Positions 6,650 to 15,027 of a stretch of DNA of 64,000 bases are shown piece after piece. The DNA comes from Bryobacteraceae bacterium (GTDB taxonomy: Bacteria; Acidobacteriota; Terriglobia; Bryobacterales; Bryobacteraceae). The translations under genes were made by a program, and so were the position numbers. The notes under the pieces are model-generated. The model saw nothing but the letters and a program-made list of their open reading frames with translations, ran no database searches and was not told where the DNA came from. How positions within the stretch are numbered: position 1 is the stretch's first letter; each line of letters starts with the position of its first letter. The stretch covers positions 28,246-92,245 of the forward strand of contig DATMOC010000049.1 of NCBI GenBank assembly GCA_035568415.1, read 5' to 3'.

Positions 6650-8944
6650 ATGCGCCGAACCCGGTGGCTCGTTCTCGCCGCCATTGTTGGAATCGTGTTC
6701 TCCGTCGGCGCTACCTATCTAAAGTACAAGGCTGCTGAGGCCCGCAACGCGCCGACGCCGCCGAAAGCGCTGGATTCCGCCCTGGACGCTGCTTCCCAGG
6801 ATTGGACTTACACCAAGAGCATCGGGACGCAGCAGCAGTTTTTCGTTCGCGCGCACAGCATGCGCAAGCGAAACGATGCGTCGACCATCGAACTCGAAGG
6901 CGTCGAGCTGCGCCTGTTTAAAAAGGATGGATCGGAGTACGATCTGGTACGTTGCGCCGCCGCCAAATTCGACGAGTCGGCCAAGACTCTGGTTTCCGAT
7001 GGTGAAGTGGATATCACCATGGGCGTTCCCGTGGAAGGTCCGCCGCACGGACGGTTGGTAAAGATCCATTCGTCGGGCGTGAGCTTTCAGAGTGAAACCG
7101 GGAAGGCCGACACGGAGCGGCATGCATCCTTCGAATTCGGTCATAACGGCGTCACCGAAGGCACGGGTACGGCGACCGGCGCCGAATACGATCCGCAAAC
7201 GCGGGAACTGCACTTAAAGCACGACGTCGCGCTGGACTGGCGCGGCAAAACGGCGCAATCCGTTCCCATGCACATCGAAGCAGGTGAGGCTTTCTACAAG
7301 GAAAAGGAATCCAAGGTGTGGCTGATGCAATGGTCGAAGCTGACGCGCGACATGTTGCATTTGGAAGGGCTGACGTCGTTGGTGACGCTGGAAGAGGGCG
7401 AAGTTCGCGAATCGGAAACCCAGAATGCGCATGGCGTCCGCGACGATCCGGGCCGCAAAGTCGAGTTCGCCGCGGATCAGCTCAAACTGCATTTCGAGGA
7501 CGGCATGGTAGTGGATCACATCAGCGGCGATAAGAATGGGCGGCTGGTGTCTACGGCCCAGACCATGCGCACTACCGTGACATCGAACCATCTCGACCTG
7601 GATTTCGATACTTCCACCAAAGACAGCACCCTGAAGACTGCGGTTGCGACCGGATCGAGTGTCGCGGAGGCGGTACCGCTCCCCAAACCCGGAGCCGAGC
7701 CGGGCGATACGCGCATCCTGCGGAGCGACACCATTACGTTGCGGATGAAGAACGCTGGCCGTGACATCGATAACGTGGAAACGGCCGGTCCTGGAACTAT
7801 CGATTTTTTGCCGAATCGCGAAGGACAGCCGAAACGCTCGGTGAAGGGCGACCGGATCTGGATCGCCTATGGCGATGAGAACCGGATTAAGTCGTTCCGG
7901 TCGATCAACGCGCAGACCCGCACCGACAAACCACCGCGTGCCGATAAACCCAAGCCCGATCCCTCCTTCACCGAAAGTAAGGAGTTGATGGCAACCTTCG
8001 ATCCGAAGACCAGCGACCTGGTCCGCCTGGAACAGAAAAACGATTTCCGCTATCAGGAAGGCGACCGGCGTGCGCGCGGGGATCGGGCGACTTTGGAGCA
8101 GCAGAAAGACCTGATGACGCTGGATGGCGCGGCGCGCGTGTGGGATTCGACCGGTTCGGCGGCGGCCGACAAGATCGTCATGAATCAGAAGTCGGGCGAT
8201 TTCGTGGCGGACGGGCACGTCGCGTCGACGCGCGAGCCGGAGAAAAAAGGCAAGTCCTCCGCGATGCTTTCAGGCGACGAAGTGATGCAGGCGCGCGCCC
8301 AGCACATGACCTCGGCCGAAAACAACACCAGGATCCATTACGAAGGCAACGCCGTGGCGTGGCAGGGCGCGAATCGCGTGGAGGCCGACCGCCTGGATAT
8401 CGATCGCGACAGCCAGATTATGGAAGCGCACGGCAAGGTGAAGAGCCAGTTCGTCGACAAGGACAAATCCGGAGACGACAAAACGGCGGCGAAGGTGAAG
8501 CCTCCACCGGTGTTCACGGTGGTCACGGCGCCGGACATGTTTTACACCGAAGAGACGCGCATCGTGGATTACACCGGCGGCGTGGTGATGAAGCGTCCGG
8601 AGATGACCATCACCTCGCAGAAAATCCGGGCATTCCTGAAAGACGCGGACGCGGATTCGTCGCTCGACAAGGCGCTCGCGGACGGAACGGTGAAGGTGGT
8701 GAGCACGTCGGAAAAACTGAAGCGGACCCGCACCAGCACCTCCGAGCACGCCGAGTACTATGCGGGCGAAGAGAAGGTGTTGCTGAACGGCGGCGATCCT
8801 CTGCTGTTGGATATCGTGAAAGGCCAGCCGGGCAACCAGACGCGCGGCAAACAATTGACCTGGTTTTCCAACGATGATAGGCTCATCGTTGACGGCGCGG
8901 TCAACGACCCTGTCAAAAGCACCATCCGCAAAAAGAAGAAATAG
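6650..8944 (+). CDS. Membrane-anchored LptC/LptA (OstA-like) multi-module periplasmic protein
   Basis: N-terminal TM anchor (RWLVLAAIVGIVFSVGATYL), then repeated strand-rich segments of the OstA type (ADQLKLHFEDG.., GDRATLEQQKDLMTLDGAARVWD.., ANRVEADRLDIDRDSQIMEAHGKV.., SEHAEYYAGEEKVLLNGG..). It ends 3 nt before lptB, the position occupied by lptC-lptA in E. coli. Confidence 0.65.
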   Translation: MRRTRWLVLAAIVGIVFSVGATYLKYKAAEARNAPTPPKALDSALDAASQDWTYTKSIGTQQQFFVRAHSMRKRNDASTIELEGVELRLFKKDGSEYDLVRCAAAKFDESAKTLVSDGEVDITMGVPVEGPPHGRLVKIHSSGVSFQSETGKADTERHASFEFGHNGVTEGTGTATGAEYDPQTRELHLKHDVALDWRGKTAQSVPMHIEAGEAFYKEKESKVWLMQWSKLTRDMLHLEGLTSLVTLEEGEVRESETQNAHGVRDDPGRKVEFAADQLKLHFEDGMVVDHISGDKNGRLVSTAQTMRTTVTSNHLDLDFDTSTKDSTLKTAVATGSSVAEAVPLPKPGAEPGDTRILRSDTITLRMKNAGRDIDNVETAGPGTIDFLPNREGQPKRSVKGDRIWIAYGDENRIKSFRSINAQTRTDKPPRADKPKPDPSFTESKELMATFDPKTSDLVRLEQKNDFRYQEGDRRARGDRATLEQQKDLMTLDGAARVWDSTGSAAADKIVMNQKSGDFVADGHVASTREPEKKGKSSAMLSGDEVMQARAQHMTSAENNTRIHYEGNAVAWQGANRVEADRLDIDRDSQIMEAHGKVKSQFVDKDKSGDDKTAAKVKPPPVFTVVTAPDMFYTEETRIVDYTGGVVMKRPEMTITSQKIRAFLKDADADSSLDKALADGTVKVVSTSEKLKRTRTSTSEHAEYYAGEEKVLLNGGDPLLLDIVKGQPGNQTRGKQLTWFSNDDRLIVDGAVNDPVKSTIRKKKK

Positions 8945-8947
8945 TTC

Positions 8948-9712
8948 GTGCGCACGCTCCAGACCACCGAAATCACCAAGGCGTATCGCGGCCGGAAGGT
9001 CGTGGATAATGTTTCGGTGCGGGTAAAGCAGGGCGAAGTAGTCGGCTTGCTGGGGCCCAACGGCGCGGGAAAGACCACGTCGTTCTACATGATCGTGGGG
9101 CTGATCACACCGGATTCGGGCCGCGTGATGCTCGACGACGAAGACATCACGCCGCTGGCGATGTATCAACGCGCGCGCCGCGGAATCAGCTATCTTCCAC
9201 AGGAAGCCTCCGTGTTCCGCAAGCTGTCGGTGGAAGACAACCTGATGGCGATCCTTCAGACGCTACCGCTCAACCGCAGGGAGCGCCGGGAACGAATGGA
9301 TCAACTGATCGATCAACTGGGGCTCGACCAAGTCCGGCACAGCAAAGGATACATGCTTTCTGGCGGGGAGCGGAGGCGCGTGGAGATCGCGCGATCGCTG
9401 GTGATCGAGCCGAGTTTCCTGCTGCTGGACGAGCCGTTCTCTGGTATCGATCCGATCCAGGTACTAGAGCTGCAAAAGATCATTTTCGATCTGAAGCATG
9501 CAGGAATCGGCGTGCTGGTGACCGATCACAACGTGCGGGAAACGCTTGCGGTGACCGATCGAGCCTATATCATCAACAACGGCCGGATCTTTCGTTCCGG
9601 CTCGCCGGACTCGCTGGCGAACGATCCTGAAGTGCGGCGCGTGTACCTGGGCGAGAATTTCGGCTCGGAGCTACAGAGCGGTCGCTGGCAGGTTCCTACG
9701 ACCGAGGGTTAG
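8948..9712 (+). CDS. lptB: LPS export ABC transporter ATP-binding protein LptB
   Basis: GTG start. Walker [10 protein letters not shown], signature [13 protein letters not shown], Walker [13 protein letters not shown]. The N-terminus ..[16 protein letters not shown] and [17 protein letters not shown] are typical of LptB. Confidence 0.92.
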   Translation: MRTLQTTEITKAYRGRKVVDNVSVRVKQGEVVGLLGPNGAGKTTSFYMIVGLITPDSGRVMLDDEDITPLAMYQRARRGISYLPQEASVFRKLSVEDNLMAILQTLPLNRRERRERMDQLIDQLGLDQVRHSKGYMLSGGERRRVEIARSLVIEPSFLLLDEPFSGIDPIQVLELQKIIFDLKHAGIGVLVTDHNVRETLAVTDRAYIINNGRIFRSGSPDSLANDPEVRRVYLGENFGSELQSGRWQVPTTEG

Positions 9713-9727
9713 ATAAGCGGGTAGAGA

Positions 9728-10183
9728 TTAGGCGGCGGCGCCGGCCACAGCGCGTTCGCCCATGGAATTCGCGAAGTGAGCGACGACCGAGGACATCTCA
9801 TCCAGCGCGCGGTATGCGGCAGCGGGAGAGAACCGGCGGCAAGCCGAGTACCAGGCGCCCATCAACTTGTAGTTGACCTCCAGCATTCGCTTTTCGATGG
9901 CGGCATCGCCGCTCGATGGGTTGGCGGCATGCTTCAGCAGATAAGTGAGGACCCTGTAGTCGCGATCGAGAGCATCCTTCAACTGGTCGAGGTCCGCGGC
10001 GATTGGATCACGCAGAACCGCTTGCACTTCGAGGAAGCCGAGTTGATTCGCCGTGGCGACCGAAACTGCATAGTCGCGAGTCGTCTTGGCGCTCAGGATG
10101 AGCAGGCAGGTGTAGCGGAACCAGTAGGCGAACAACGCCACAGAGCTGGTGGCGATGATTACCGTCGCTACAAATTCCATCAT
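9728..10183 (-). CDS. Hypothetical membrane-anchored protein
   Basis: 151-aa ORF with one N-terminal hydrophobic helix (FVATVIIATSSVALFAYWF). Non-repetitive. No family recognised. Confidence 0.5.
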   Translation of the reverse strand: MMEFVATVIIATSSVALFAYWFRYTCLLILSAKTTRDYAVSVATANQLGFLEVQAVLRDPIAADLDQLKDALDRDYRVLTYLLKHAANPSSGDAAIEKRMLEVNYKLMGAWYSACRRFSPAAAYRALDEMSSVVAHFANSMGERAVAGAAA

Positions 10184-10302
10184 TTTGCGCCTAACTCAAT
10201 CCTTTCTGCAAGGTGATGTTCTCTTGGACTACAGAGAGCATAGCATCGGATTTCAAACTCATCAATAGACTTTCTGGGTACTAAGATTCTTTTCCGAGGG
10301 TT

Positions 10303-10887
10303 CTAGAGGCCGGCCTTACCCTGGAAGGTCATATCGGGTGGTGCATGCGGGTTGGAACGGCGGTATTCCTGGTAGAGCGCGGCGTAGCTATGGGTCAAGT
10401 ACTCCGCCTCGGATAGTCCTAGTCGAGCTGCGGTTTGATCGATCCATTGAGCCGGCCCCTCGAGTTCCAGGAAGACTCCGATGGGGGTTTCGTCGATGGT
10501 GACAATTCCTGGCTCGCCTGAAGCTGCGAATTTCGTGCGGTATTTTTCGTAGCGGAAGCGGGGCGTGTACCCGAGCCGTTCCAGCACCTGATGGAAATTT
10601 GCGGGATTGGAGACGTCAAACTCGATTTCCTCGCGGCTTTTGTGACGCTCGCTACGCCCCGGACCTTTGAACGTCACAGTGGCTAGATCTCCGGCGTGGC
10701 GGAGTCGTAGAAGCTGATCGGCGCGACGTAGTTCACTGTCGCCACGATCGAACAACTGGTCGGATTCCAGAGTGCGATCCTGCTTCAGCGTGAAGCCGCT
10801 GTTTTCGATTTTGTGGCGCGCAGCATCGGGTCCCTGAGGGAAGCGGATTTTGACTTCAGTTTCGATATAAGGTTGGTTGGCCGGCAC
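10303..10887 (-). CDS. CYTH domain protein (class IV adenylate cyclase / triphosphatase family)
   Basis: GTG start. The EVKIRF opening (ExExK-like) plus RLRHAGDLATVTFKGP...EIEFDV...RYEKYRTKF...IDETPIGVFLELEG is the CYTH/CyaB pattern. Confidence 0.8.
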   Translation of the reverse strand: MPANQPYIETEVKIRFPQGPDAARHKIENSGFTLKQDRTLESDQLFDRGDSELRRADQLLRLRHAGDLATVTFKGPGRSERHKSREEIEFDVSNPANFHQVLERLGYTPRFRYEKYRTKFAASGEPGIVTIDETPIGVFLELEGPAQWIDQTAARLGLSEAEYLTHSYAALYQEYRRSNPHAPPDMTFQGKAGL

Positions 10888-10916
10888 GGCTGACTTGATG
10901 ATACGATGAGGGCAAC

Positions 10917-10993
10917 GCGCCCGTAGCTCAGCTGGATAGAGCGACTGGCTTCGAACCAGTAGGCCGGGAGTTCGAGTCTCTCCGGGCGCGCCA
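10917..10993 (+). tRNA. tRNA-Arg (anticodon TCG)
   Basis: GCGCCCG TA GCTC AGCTGGATA GAGC G ACTGG CTTCGAA CCAGT AGGCC GGGAG TTCGAGT CTCTC CGGGCGC G CCA. This folds as a 77-nt cloverleaf with a 7-bp acceptor stem, the T-loop TTCGAGT and an encoded CCA. Confidence 0.9.
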
Positions 10994-11115
10994 TTTTACC
11001 TCTTCTACATCAAGCACTTGGGGCAGTATCGGGGATTCCGGCAGATTCTCCGATCTGGTCGGTATGCCCAGAAGTATGCCCACCATTTGCAAGTCTGGCC
11101 TTCTCGACAGCATCC

Positions 11116-11596
11116 TTAGAGTGCGCCTTGTTGGGGATGGATGTACCGCTTCGTGATGCTCATGTCGCGATGGCCCGCCATGTAGGCGAGCGCCCATGGG
11201 TCGACGTGTGGTGCCCATCTCGTCAAGCACGTGTGTCGGAGTGTGTACAGCGGAAAAAGGCTCAATGCTCCACACCTGGGGCTCACCCGTCTTGCGCTTG
11301 GCGTTCTGCAAGGCATTAGCCGCTCCTTCGCAGGCGTGGAGGTGTTGTCGCTTTAGGCTGGCAGGCTCAATATGTCCGCTGTGAGTCATCGCAGGAAACA
11401 CCCAGTCGCTGCTAGAGGTGCTCTTGCGCATCTCTAGGAGAGCGGCCCAGTCGACTTGACCTAACCCATTCGGGGTATACGATGCAGCTACTTTTTGGGT
11501 ATCCGAAACGATTCGATTGGGTGATGTCTGCAATTCGCTATTGGACGCATACTCGCGAATGGTGCGGGCAACTGATCGAGGTACAAGAACCGGCAA
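11116..11596 (-). pseudogene. Tyrosine recombinase/integrase remnant (frameshifted, N-terminal half missing)
   Basis: ORF 11116..11316 gives LYTLRHTCLTRWAPHVDPWALAYMAGHRDMSITKRYIHP, which carries the RHT..GH..Y catalytic motifs. The preceding integrase-like segment (..DWVFPAMTHSGHIEP..EPQVWSIEPF) is in another frame (ORF 10928..11596). Only about 160 codons remain before non-coding sequence and the next gene. Confidence 0.7.
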
Positions 11597-11864
11597 GACA
11601 GACGCGATCGCGCAAGACGAATTCTTGCTGCCGCCCTAAGCTGTTTTCGAAACGAGATTCGCATCCTCACTCGGGGTAGCTACTCAGTCCGGCATCTTTG
11701 TGGAATCACAATCTCTTGGGAAGGACGCAAATGGAACAGGACACCCCGATCATCGTGCGAAGGAGACCTGCCGCGGCGTGAAGTGGCAGAACCGGGGTTC
11801 TCTCCCGGAGCAAGCGCGACAGGAATTGAGAACTTCGACAAGAACATGATGTGACGGGGCTCTA

Positions 11865-14800
11865 ATGCGACAAACCGCTTTGGTGGTGATTGTCATGCTG
11901 GCGGGCGTACCTGCGCTGGCCCAAATAAGCGGAGGCAATATCAGCGGTCAGGTTATCGATGCCCTTGGCGGCGCAATTCCCGATGCGGTCGTAAATATCT
12001 CAAATCAGGCAACCGGCGAGACACGTACTTCGAAAACGAATGTTAAGGGTTTCTATAGTTTTCCCAACCTGATGCCAGGACGCTACAACGCTTCGGTTTC
12101 CCGCACCGGGTTCGACGATGCCGGAAAAAGAAATCTGCTCGTCGACGTCGGTGCACAAATGATGGTTGATTTCGAACTAACGGTCGGCGTTGTTGCAAGC
12201 TCGGTGGAGGTGGCATCGCAATCAGAGGGGGTCTCCTTAACGTCCTCGACCTTGAGTAACGTTGTGCGTGGGCAAACCGTTCGCGACTTGCCCCTGAACG
12301 GCCGCGACTGGACGTTGCTGGCAAGTCTCGAACCGGGCGTCCACACGATTGAAGCGCAAACGGCGATCACCGCCGGAAGCAACGGCCGGGAGGACCGCGG
12401 CTGGGGTACACAGCTAACGTTCGGCGGCGGCCGTCCTCAGCAGAATAACTACAGGCTCGACGGCGTTAGCATCAACGACTTCACGGGAAACGGACCAGGC
12501 AACGTGCTCGGATCCGTCCTGGGGACAGACGCGATCCAGGAGTTCTCCGTCGTCACAGGAATCCCGTCTGCTGATTATGGGAAGACGTCGGGCGGAGTGA
12601 TCAACGCGTTGACGCGCGCGGGCTCCAACCATTTCCAGGGCTCGGCGTACGAGTTCCTGCGTAATAGCGCAATGGATGCCCGGAATTTCTTCGACGGTTC
12701 CCAAGTTCCGCCGTTCAAGCGCAACCAGTTTGGAGCGACGCTGGGCGGTCCCATCCGCGCCAATCGGACCTTCTTCTTTTTCAACTACGAAGGCTTGCGC
12801 CGGAATCTCAGTTCCACCACGATCACTACGGTCCCCTCTCTCGCGGCGCGGACCGGGCAGCTGGTCAGCGGTAAAGTCACGATTGATTCGAAGGTCGTAC
12901 CTTATTTCCAGATGTTTCCTGTTCCGAACGGGCCTGAATCAGGCGATTCAGGGATCTATTCCTTCGTTTCGGCCGCGGAGACATCGGTGAATCTTTGGAC
13001 CGGCCGCTTGGACCACAAATTCTCGGATAGCGACTCGGCTCGTGGCAGCTTTCTGATTGCAAATTCGAGGACAACTTCGCCGGACGCGACAGACTTCGTC
13101 ATTACAGGGCAAATTTCGCAAACGCGATTCGGATCGATCGAAGAAACACACATCTTCCGGCCGCATCTCCTGAACATCTTTCGCATCGGCCTGAATCGCT
13201 CGGTATCGGATGCGCCGATTCGGGCTGGGGTGGTGAATCCACTCGCTACCGATACCTCGCTCGGATTTCTGCCCAACACACCGGCCGGCGGAATCGCCAT
13301 AACCGGCCTCACGGGGGTCAGCGGCGGTGTCGGCGCTCTTGGTGAGAATGATTTTCACTTCACCAGCTGGCAGATCTACGATGATCTTTTTTATACGCGC
13401 GGTGCTCATTCGCTCGAATTCGGGATCGCACTGGAGCGAATCGAATCCAATGAAGATGGCAACTCCAATCCCAACGGCCACTACTCGTTCGGTTCGTTGC
13501 AGGCCTTCCTGACAGATCAGCCTCAAAACTTCAGCTCGACCATTCCCGGCAAGAGTCCGACGATTTATCTGCGGCAGTTCATCCCCGCTTTCTATTTCCG
13601 TGACGACTATCGGGTCCTGCCCAATCTCACACTGAATCTTGGTGTTCGCTACGAAATGGCGACCGTGCCCAGCGAGAAATATGACCGGCTGAGCAACCTC
13701 GACTCACTCACCGCAACAGCGCCCAAACTTGGCTCGCCGTATTTCAAGAATCCGACTCTGCGAAATCTCTCGCCCCGGATCGGATTCGCATGGGATCCAT
13801 TTCGAAGCGGAAAGACCGCGGTCCGCGGCGGATTCGGAGTCTACGATACGCTGCCATTGACGTATCAATTCGAGCTGCTCGCGATCAACGTAGCTCCGTT
13901 TTTTCAAACCGGAACTCTAACCGCACTACCGCAAGGATCGTTTCCGACCGGAGCGTTGTCGTTGCTCGCCGCGAACAACCTCGGCTACGCATGGGTCCAG
14001 CCGAACCCTAAGCGCTCCTATGTCGAGCAATGGAACTTGACGATACAGCGCCAACTACCAGGGAGCGTGATTGCGACACTCAGCTATTCGGGCCAGCATG
14101 GTCTTCACCAGCCGCTGCGAACGACCGACGCGAACCTCGTGCTCCCGGCGCAAACCGCACCAGGCCTGGTCTGGCCTGTTCCGCGCGGCAGCGGCTCTCG
14201 CCTGAATCCGAGCATCGGCGCGATCAATTCCCTCGCGTGGCTTTCGTCAAACAGTTATGCGGCGGGTAACGCGGCGGTGTCATGGGAACGTAGGGGTGTC
14301 CGCATCGGTGGAGCTTACACGTTCGCGAAAAGTATCGACGACAGCTCTTCTTCGATCGCGGTTGCGAATTTCAGCAACTCCGTAGTCGGCTCATTTATCT
14401 TCGACCCGGCTCTGGCCCGGGGACTTTCGGATTTTGACGTGCGTCAGAATCTGGTCGTCAATGCTACGTGGCTGCTGCCGCGCGTGCGGTCCGTTCGCGG
14501 TTTTGCAAGCTGGGCCGTCAATCAATGGCAAGTTGGTGGAATTTTCCGTGCCAGCACTGGGTTGCCGTTCACACCAGTGATCGGAGGAGATCCGTTAGGA
14601 ATGAATGATTCCGCGGCATTCGATTTTCCCGACCGCCTGAACCTTCCGGGTTGCAATAATCCCGTGAATCCAGGGAACGCGACTCACTACATTCACACGC
14701 AATGTTTCGCGCCGCCGCAGCCGGCCACGCGCTTGGGAGATAGCGGACGGAACATCGCGATCGGGCCCGGCCTGAACAATCTCGACCTGGCGGTCTTCAA

Positions 14801-15008
14801 AGATAACTACATCCACAACGAGAAATTCAATCTCCAATTCCGGGCAGAGTTGTTCAACCTGCTGAATCATACAAATTTCGCTGTCCCCGACCGAACCGCC
14901 GCTCAAATTTTCACGCAGACATTTTCACCGGTCGCTACAGCCGGACTATTGAAGACGACCTCGACCACATCACGACAGGTTCAACTGGCGCTGAAGTGCA
15001 TTTTTTGA
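11865..15008 (+). CDS. TonB-dependent outer-membrane receptor with N-terminal carboxypeptidase-regulatory-like domain
   Basis: Signal peptide (..AGVPALAQ), then ISGQVIDALGGAIPDAVVNISNQATGETRTSKTNVKGFYSFPNLMPGRYN (CarboxypepD_reg pattern), a plug-like region and a long beta-barrel that ends in a terminal aromatic residue (..ALKCIF). Confidence 0.85.
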   Translation: MRQTALVVIVMLAGVPALAQISGGNISGQVIDALGGAIPDAVVNISNQATGETRTSKTNVKGFYSFPNLMPGRYNASVSRTGFDDAGKRNLLVDVGAQMMVDFELTVGVVASSVEVASQSEGVSLTSSTLSNVVRGQTVRDLPLNGRDWTLLASLEPGVHTIEAQTAITAGSNGREDRGWGTQLTFGGGRPQQNNYRLDGVSINDFTGNGPGNVLGSVLGTDAIQEFSVVTGIPSADYGKTSGGVINALTRAGSNHFQGSAYEFLRNSAMDARNFFDGSQVPPFKRNQFGATLGGPIRANRTFFFFNYEGLRRNLSSTTITTVPSLAARTGQLVSGKVTIDSKVVPYFQMFPVPNGPESGDSGIYSFVSAAETSVNLWTGRLDHKFSDSDSARGSFLIANSRTTSPDATDFVITGQISQTRFGSIEETHIFRPHLLNIFRIGLNRSVSDAPIRAGVVNPLATDTSLGFLPNTPAGGIAITGLTGVSGGVGALGENDFHFTSWQIYDDLFYTRGAHSLEFGIALERIESNEDGNSNPNGHYSFGSLQAFLTDQPQNFSSTIPGKSPTIYLRQFIPAFYFRDDYRVLPNLTLNLGVRYEMATVPSEKYDRLSNLDSLTATAPKLGSPYFKNPTLRNLSPRIGFAWDPFRSGKTAVRGGFGVYDTLPLTYQFELLAINVAPFFQTGTLTALPQGSFPTGALSLLAANNLGYAWVQPNPKRSYVEQWNLTIQRQLPGSVIATLSYSGQHGLHQPLRTTDANLVLPAQTAPGLVWPVPRGSGSRLNPSIGAINSLAWLSSNSYAAGNAAVSWERRGVRIGGAYTFAKSIDDSSSSIAVANFSNSVVGSFIFDPALARGLSDFDVRQNLVVNATWLLPRVRSVRGFASWAVNQWQVGGIFRASTGLPFTPVIGGDPLGMNDSAAFDFPDRLNLPGCNNPVNPGNATHYIHTQCFAPPQPATRLGDSGRNIAIGPGLNNLDLAVFKDNYIHNEKFNLQFRAELFNLLNHTNFAVPDRTAAQIFTQTFSPVATAGLLKTTSTTSRQVQLALKCIF

Positions 15009-15027
15009 GATCGTCAAACGGAACACG

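Noticed and set aside
7214-8218. Long antisense or out-of-frame ORFs throughout the window. Examples: 7214..8218(-), 8270..9169(-), 4929..5606(+), 23836..24975(+), 47711..48556(-), 50932..51960(-), 57330..58256(+), 59341..60174(+).
   Set aside because: Each lies opposite or out of frame to a gene with clear family motifs. Their translations are Arg/Ala/Pro/Gly-rich with no recognisable motifs, as expected for stop-poor alternative frames in high-GC DNA.
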